From assembly GCA_036732645.1 (NCBI GenBank), contig DAINCA010000001.1, positions 1-43,158 of the forward strand: a DNA stretch of 43,158 nt. Direction: 5' to 3'. The stretch comes from Allosphingosinicella sp. (lineage in GTDB: Bacteria; Pseudomonadota; Alphaproteobacteria; Sphingomonadales; Sphingomonadaceae). The notes beneath the pieces were generated by a model. It worked only from the letters and a program-made list of their open reading frames with translations, had not been told where the DNA came from and did no database searches. Below are positions 38,191 to 43,158 of this stretch, in pieces (within the stretch, counting starts at the first letter, position 1; every line of letters starts with the position of its first letter). A program made the position numbers and the translations under genes.

Positions 38191-38907
38191 CTGAAGGCAG
38201 CCGGGTCCATCGTTCAGTTCGAGAATGTCGGCCTGCGTTACGCGACCGGGGCGGAGACGCTTTCGGACCTCAGCTTCTCGCTCAAGGAAGGCGGCTTCTA
38301 CTTCCTCACCGGCCCTTCCGGTGCCGGCAAGACATCCCTTCTCAAGCTGCTTTATCTGGCGCTTCGACCCAGCCGCGGGCTGATCCGGCTGTTCGGCGAG
38401 GATATCGTGACGATGCCGAGGCCGCGGCTGCCGGGTTTCCGTCGCCGCATCGGCGTCGTCTTCCAGGATTTCCGTCTCGTCAGCCATTTGTCGACGTTCG
38501 ACAATGTGGCTTTGCCGCTTCGCGTGGCGGGGGTCGCCGACAAGGACCTGACCGCTCCGGTGAACGAGATGCTGGCCTGGGTCGGCCTTGCCGATCGCTC
38601 CAGCGCCCGGCCGGCGACGCTTTCCGGTGGGGAGCAGCAGCGCGTCGCGATCGCTCGTGCGGTCATCGGCAGGCCGGAACTCCTGGTCGCGGACGAGCCC
38701 ACCGGCAACGTCGATCCGGAAATGGCGAAACGTTTGCTCCATTTGTTCGACAGCCTGAACAAGCTCGGCACCACCGTGGTCGTGGCGACTCACGATCTCC
38801 ACCTGATTTCCCGGGTCGGCCGATCGGAAATGCTGCGGCTGGATCGCGGCCAGATCGCCGATCCCACCGGAGCGCTGCGCCACCCCCCCAAGCGGGCCGA
38901 GGGATGA
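38191..38907 (+). CDS. ftsE: Cell division ATP-binding protein FtsE
   Basis: GPSGAGKTS, VVFQDFRL, LSGGEQQR, ADEPTGN. Start is CTG 38191 (SD-supported) or ATG 38101. Confidence 0.95.
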   Translation: MKAAGSIVQFENVGLRYATGAETLSDLSFSLKEGGFYFLTGPSGAGKTSLLKLLYLALRPSRGLIRLFGEDIVTMPRPRLPGFRRRIGVVFQDFRLVSHLSTFDNVALPLRVAGVADKDLTAPVNEMLAWVGLADRSSARPATLSGGEQQRVAIARAVIGRPELLVADEPTGNVDPEMAKRLLHLFDSLNKLGTTVVVATHDLHLISRVGRSEMLRLDRGQIADPTGALRHPPKRAEG

Positions 38908-39800
38908 GGACGGACAATAAGGGGTTCGGGGCGGCGGAAAGAGGGCTGCTCCCGGAAGGCCGGCTCGCCGGGCCAATGCCCTGGGTGATCGCCATCATGA
39001 TGTTCCTGACGGTGCTCGCCGCGGCCGCCGGACTCGGTCTCGCCGGGGCCGCGGCCGGTCTCGACTCGCAGATTGCCAGTCGGGTCACGATCCAGATCGT
39101 CGAAGCCAACCCGCAGGTCCGCGACTATCAGGCCGCCGCCGCGACCGCGGCCCTCGCCCGCTTGCCAGGAGTCAGTGCCGTTCGGCTTGTACCCCAAGAG
39201 GAGATCCAGGAGCTGCTCGAGCCGTGGCTCGGCGCGACCGGTGCCGAGGCCGGTTTGCCGGTGCCGGCTTTGATCGACGTCGATATCGACCCGCAAGGCG
39301 GGCTCGATCTGGCCCGTCTGCGCGCCGCGGCGACCGCGGCGGCCCCGTCGGCGCGCGTGGACGAGAACGCGCAATGGCTGGCGCCCTTGGTGTCGCTCAT
39401 TGCCGCGTTGAAATGGCTGGCGGCCGGCCTGGTCCTGCTGATGGTCGGAGCAACCACGGCGACCGTCTTCCTCGCCGCTCGCGCGGCGCTCGACACCCAT
39501 CGCCAGACGATCGAGATATTGCACCTGATGGGGGCGACCGACGTCCAGATCGCGCGCTTGTTTCAGCGCCGGATCGCTTTGGATGCCTTGTTCGGCGGGG
39601 TAATCGGCTTCATCCTCGCCGCCATCGTTCTGTTCGTCCTTGGCCGGAGAATGTCGGCTCTGGGATCCGAGCTGCTCGGCTCGACCGCCATTTCCCTTGA
39701 ATTCGGAGCGATCCTCCTCGTCTTGCCTCTGTTCGGCGTCCTGTTGGCGATGCTGGTGGCCCGACTCACCATCCTTCGGGCGTTAGGCCGAATGTTATGA
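38904..39800 (+). CDS. ftsX: Cell division permease FtsX
   Basis: MPWVIAIM TM1, large periplasmic loop, IEILHLMGATD..IARLFQ; ATGA overlap with ftsE. Confidence 0.93.
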   Translation: MRTDNKGFGAAERGLLPEGRLAGPMPWVIAIMMFLTVLAAAAGLGLAGAAAGLDSQIASRVTIQIVEANPQVRDYQAAAATAALARLPGVSAVRLVPQEEIQELLEPWLGATGAEAGLPVPALIDVDIDPQGGLDLARLRAAATAAAPSARVDENAQWLAPLVSLIAALKWLAAGLVLLMVGATTATVFLAARAALDTHRQTIEILHLMGATDVQIARLFQRRIALDALFGGVIGFILAAIVLFVLGRRMSALGSELLGSTAISLEFGAILLVLPLFGVLLAMLVARLTILRALGRML

Positions 39801-40336
39801 TGCGTATCCTGTTCCGTCTCGTCTCATTCGGGCTGCTCCTCTACGTCCTCGGCTATGCCTTGTTCGCCGTGCTTCTACCGAAGCCCGCGGGGGAAGAGCG
39901 CACCGATGCCATCGTCGTATTGACCGGCGGCAGCGGCCGGCTCGAGCGCGGCTTCGAACTGATGGAGCGCGATCGCGCGCAGCGCATGCTCATTTCCGGA
40001 GTCGATCGGACCGTGCGCGCAGTCGAACTTGCCGAGGCCTATGACGTCGACGAACGATTGCTCGAATGTTGCGTCACCCTGGGCAGGGAATCGTTCGATA
40101 CCCGCTCCAACGCCGATGAGGTGGCGCGCTGGCTGGAGCGGCGACGTTTCCGCACGATGCGTCTGGTGACCAATGATCTGCACATGCCGAGGGCCGGCTA
40201 CGAGCTGAGAAAGAGAATCGGTCCCGACATCGTCGTCGTCAGCGATGCCGTCCAGACCGACCCGACCTTCACCCAGATATTCACCGAATATAACAAATAT
40301 CTGCTCGGCCGGGTGGCGGACCTGATCGGTATCTGA
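39797..40336 (+). CDS. YdcF/DUF218 family protein
   Basis: DAIVVLTGGSGR, LISG, DTRSNADE, LVTNDLHMPRA, EYNKY. Confidence 0.92.
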   Translation: MMRILFRLVSFGLLLYVLGYALFAVLLPKPAGEERTDAIVVLTGGSGRLERGFELMERDRAQRMLISGVDRTVRAVELAEAYDVDERLLECCVTLGRESFDTRSNADEVARWLERRRFRTMRLVTNDLHMPRAGYELRKRIGPDIVVVSDAVQTDPTFTQIFTEYNKYLLGRVADLIGI

Positions 40337-41028
40337 TGGCCCTGCTCCGCTCGTCGTTGTTCGCTCTGGTCTTCTATTCCTGGACGGTGGTCGCCGTGCT
40401 GGCCTCCTTTCCGGCAAGCCTGTTCGGCACCCGGACCTTGCGGGCTCTGGCGCGTGGCTGGGCTTATGGCCATCGATGGTGCGCCCGTCACTTGCTCGGC
40501 ATCTACAGCCGGGTCGAGGGCGAGGTGCCGGACGGCCGCTACCTCGTCGCCTCGAAGCACCAGTCGATGTTCGAAACACTCGAACTTTTCCTGTTGCTTC
40601 GGGAGCCGGCGGTCGTGTTGAAGCATGAGCTGACCCGGATACCGCTTTGGGGCTGGGTCGTGCGGCGCTACGGCGTCATCCCGATCGATCGCGCGGGCGG
40701 CGCGACAGCGCTCCGGCGCATGATGCGGGCGGCGGAAGCGGCAATCGCCGAAGGACGTCCGATTCTGATCTTTCCCGAAGGCACAAGGGTCGCGCCCGGC
40801 GCTCAGCCACCGCTCCAGTCCGGTTTCGCGGGCCTGTATCGCGCGCTGAAACTGCCGGTGGTGCCGGTGGCTGTGGACAGTGGCCGGCTCTGGCCGAGGA
40901 ATGCCTTCGTCAAGCGGCCCGGCATCGTCACCTTGCGGATCCTGCCGGAGATCGAGCCGGGGCTGAAGAGGCAGGAGATCGAGACCGCCGTCCATCAGGC
41001 GATCAATCACCTCGAGCGGGGCCAATGA
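40336..41028 (+). CDS. plsC: 1-acyl-sn-glycerol-3-phosphate acyltransferase family protein
   Basis: KHQSMFE (HxxxxD/E), IPIDR, IFPEGTR, PVVPVA. Confidence 0.88.
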   Translation: MALLRSSLFALVFYSWTVVAVLASFPASLFGTRTLRALARGWAYGHRWCARHLLGIYSRVEGEVPDGRYLVASKHQSMFETLELFLLLREPAVVLKHELTRIPLWGWVVRRYGVIPIDRAGGATALRRMMRAAEAAIAEGRPILIFPEGTRVAPGAQPPLQSGFAGLYRALKLPVVPVAVDSGRLWPRNAFVKRPGIVTLRILPEIEPGLKRQEIETAVHQAINHLERGQ

Positions 41029-42089
41029 CCCCCGAGCTCGGGCTGATCGAAGGCTTTTTCGGCCGGCCCTTCAGCTGGCCCGAGCGACAGGAACTGATCC
41101 GCTTCCTGGCGCCCCACGGCTTCGGCTTCTACCTTTATGCCCCGAAGGCGGATCCGTTTCTGCGCCGCCGCTGGGCCGAGTCCTATCCGACCGAAACCAT
41201 CAGCCGAATCGCGGCGTTCGGCGCCGATTGCCGCCAGGCCAAGGTCCGGTTCGGAATCGGCCTAAGCCCGTTCGAGATCCATTTGCATCCGGGGAAGGCG
41301 TGGCAGTCGCCGCTGGCGGACAAATTGGCCGAGCTCGACGGCACGGGTCTCGACGACCTCGCGATCCTGTTCGACGACATGCGCGGCGACGTCGAGGAGC
41401 TGGCCGAGCGGCAGGCCGCGATCGTCCATTTCGCCGCGGAACGCAGCAAGGCGACGCGAATCCTGTGCTGCCCCTCTTATTATAGCGACGATCTCGTCCT
41501 CGATTCGGCTTTCGGCCAGCGACCCGATCATTATCTCGAGGATCTCGGGAGGATTCTTGACCCGGCGATCGAGGTCATGTGGACCGGCGAGGAGGTCGTC
41601 AGCCAGGAATTTTCTGCCGGCCACCTCAACCGCGTCGGCGCCCAGCTGCGCCGCAAGCCGTTCCTGTGGGACAATTATCCCGTGAACGATGGCGCTCGAA
41701 TGTCTCAGCACCTTCATCTGCGCGCCTTTGCCGGACGGCCGGGGGCACTGGCGTCCCTGGTCTCGGCGCACGGCATCAATCTCGCATCGCAGCCCTGGCT
41801 CAGTCGAATCCCGGCACTATCCCTGGCGGAGAGCTATGAAAGAGGGGACGCGTATGAATATGGCGCCGCTTTCGTTCGGGCGGCGGAGACGGTGCTCGGC
41901 GCCAAGCTTGCGGACTGCGTGCGACGCGATCTGCTGACGCTTCAGGATCGAGGGCTCGATCGGCTTGGAGATCGCCGCGAGCGCCTGCGCGACCGCTATC
42001 TGGCCTTTGATCATCCGGCGGCCAGGGAGATCGCCGCCTGGCTCGACGGTGACTGGACCGTCGACGAGACTTTGGTCCAGACCCAGTGA
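41025..42089 (+). CDS. GH84 beta-N-acetylglucosaminidase (O-GlcNAcase-like)
   Basis: GLIEGFFG.P, YLYAPK.D, LSP, LFDD catalytic pair, WTG..V, LWDNYPVND; ATGA overlap with plsC. Confidence 0.88.
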   Translation: MTPELGLIEGFFGRPFSWPERQELIRFLAPHGFGFYLYAPKADPFLRRRWAESYPTETISRIAAFGADCRQAKVRFGIGLSPFEIHLHPGKAWQSPLADKLAELDGTGLDDLAILFDDMRGDVEELAERQAAIVHFAAERSKATRILCCPSYYSDDLVLDSAFGQRPDHYLEDLGRILDPAIEVMWTGEEVVSQEFSAGHLNRVGAQLRRKPFLWDNYPVNDGARMSQHLHLRAFAGRPGALASLVSAHGINLASQPWLSRIPALSLAESYERGDAYEYGAAFVRAAETVLGAKLADCVRRDLLTLQDRGLDRLGDRRERLRDRYLAFDHPAAREIAAWLDGDWTVDETLVQTQ

Positions 42090-42099
42090 CGTCCGGAGG

Positions 42100-43134
42100 C
42101 TAGAGCCACTTAACCTTGCTGCCGTGGGGATGGCCCCACGCCAGTAGCCGCTCCTCGCCGGGCCATGTACGGAGCCGAAGGCTGGCCGACGGTTCGCCGC
42201 TCAGCCATTCGAAACGCAGCCAGGCGAGCGGTGCCCGCTCCGTCGCGGCTTCGCCGGCTGCCGTTATTCGGGCCTGGATCCGGGCCTGAGTCGGTTCGGC
42301 GAAATATTGGAAGGCGATCGAGTGGAGGATCACCCGGGCCACGCCTTCGACCGGGCGAAGGTCGAGTTCGCCTTCGAGCCAGTCCGCCGCGTCGGCGGCG
42401 GCGATCCGGATGGGGTGACTTCGCGCGATCTCAAGCGCCGCAGCGGTTCGCTCGAGCCGTGCCGGCTGATCGGGCCAGACATAAGCGAGCAGCCGCTCGC
42501 CGTCGCTGGCGACATCCATCGGGCTGACGTCCACACCGCTGCGGCGGGTAATTCGAACCTCCGCTTCGGGCGGCGGCGGCCCCTTCCAATCCGGGCCTAA
42601 CCGTACCTTCGACCTGCGGTCCCCAAATCGCCGACCCCCAAGATCGTGATAAAAGCGGTCGAGTTGAAGATTGAGCCCGGCGCTGGCGCCGAGTTCGAAA
42701 AGATGGATGGGCAAGGGGAAGCGGGCCGACACTTCCAGCAATCCGCTCATCAGCAAGGCCGAACGGCCGACTTCATTGGTCTGCGGTGCCCGCTCGAGCC
42801 ATGGGACGAGAAAGTCGCCCTCCAAGGCGAGGACGTTGGCGACCTCTTCACGCAATCGGCTCTCTTCCGGCAACGGCCCCGGCGGATACAAACTGGCAAG
42901 ACCGGGCGCGCGTCCAGAGCGAGCCAGAAAGTGCAGGCCGCCACAGATGCGGAGCGGCAGATTGTCCTTGTCGGCCGCGGGATCGCCTTGCCAGTCGAGG
43001 ATAAGGCGGCCGACGGCCGTCTTTCGATCGAGCTTCGAAAAAGCGGCGCACAGGGCACCGGTGAAGGGCGAACCCAAATGCGCGCAGATCGCCGCCTGGG
43101 AGAGAAACGCCTCCCGGACCGCGTCTTCGGCCAT
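42100..43134 (-). CDS. DUF2332 family protein
   Basis: C..LGSPF, PQTNEVGRS, ELGASAGLNL, RLLAYVWPD, HSIAFQY, HPHG. Confidence 0.88.
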   Translation of the reverse strand: MAEDAVREAFLSQAAICAHLGSPFTGALCAAFSKLDRKTAVGRLILDWQGDPAADKDNLPLRICGGLHFLARSGRAPGLASLYPPGPLPEESRLREEVANVLALEGDFLVPWLERAPQTNEVGRSALLMSGLLEVSARFPLPIHLFELGASAGLNLQLDRFYHDLGGRRFGDRRSKVRLGPDWKGPPPPEAEVRITRRSGVDVSPMDVASDGERLLAYVWPDQPARLERTAAALEIARSHPIRIAAADAADWLEGELDLRPVEGVARVILHSIAFQYFAEPTQARIQARITAAGEAATERAPLAWLRFEWLSGEPSASLRLRTWPGEERLLAWGHPHGSKVKWL

Positions 43135-43158
43135 TAATCAGTCGCGCAGCCGGGCGCC

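Noticed and set aside
21622..40088. KOPS-like GGGNAGGG octamers on + right of oriC (21622, 35210, 38179, 40081)
   Set aside because: Orientation fits the replichore, but one counter-oriented copy (35760) was seen and the manual search was not exhaustive; an expected feature rather than a discovery.
43138..43158. Possible 3' end of a minus-strand gene (..GARLRD-stop) just upstream of DUF2332
   Set aside because: Only 7 codons are visible, so it cannot be identified.

Overview
GC-rich alphaproteobacterial chromosome segment, probably Sphingomonadales (inferred from gene order and protein similarity). It is core genome and spans the replication origin. Left arm: ftsK (3' part), lolA, xth, ribA, a HAD phosphatase, yggS, a thiE-like gene, an outer-membrane protein, DUF3576-leuS-lptE-holA, the DUF6489-mnmE-mnmG-rsmG-parA-parB cluster with two parS sites, a dienelactone hydrolase, and hemE-hemJ-rho-terC. 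The predicted oriC (about 20926-21307) lies between hemE and the DUF299 kinase/pyrophosphorylase gene. Right arm: maf-aroE-coaE-dnaQ, hpf-ptsN-paaI-DUF1491, an SleB-type hydrolase, mmcB, ankyrin/SCO, ycgN, a YgjP-type metallohydrolase, PBP1A, msrB, an orphan Rieske oxygenase, tRNA-Leu(GAG), pfk, a MATE transporter, a zitP-like gene, ftsE-ftsX-ydcF-plsC-GH84, and DUF2332. I found no mobile element, CRISPR array or defence island, and no clearly new multi-gene system. The best leads are a structured sRNA candidate between lolA and xth, a structured leader upstream of the SleB hydrolase, symmetric bidirectional leaderless promoters, probable CTG start codons for mnmE and ftsE, and a cytoplasmic GH84 O-GlcNAcase-like gene coupled to the ftsEX operon. 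All calls come from reading motifs by eye; no database searches were run.
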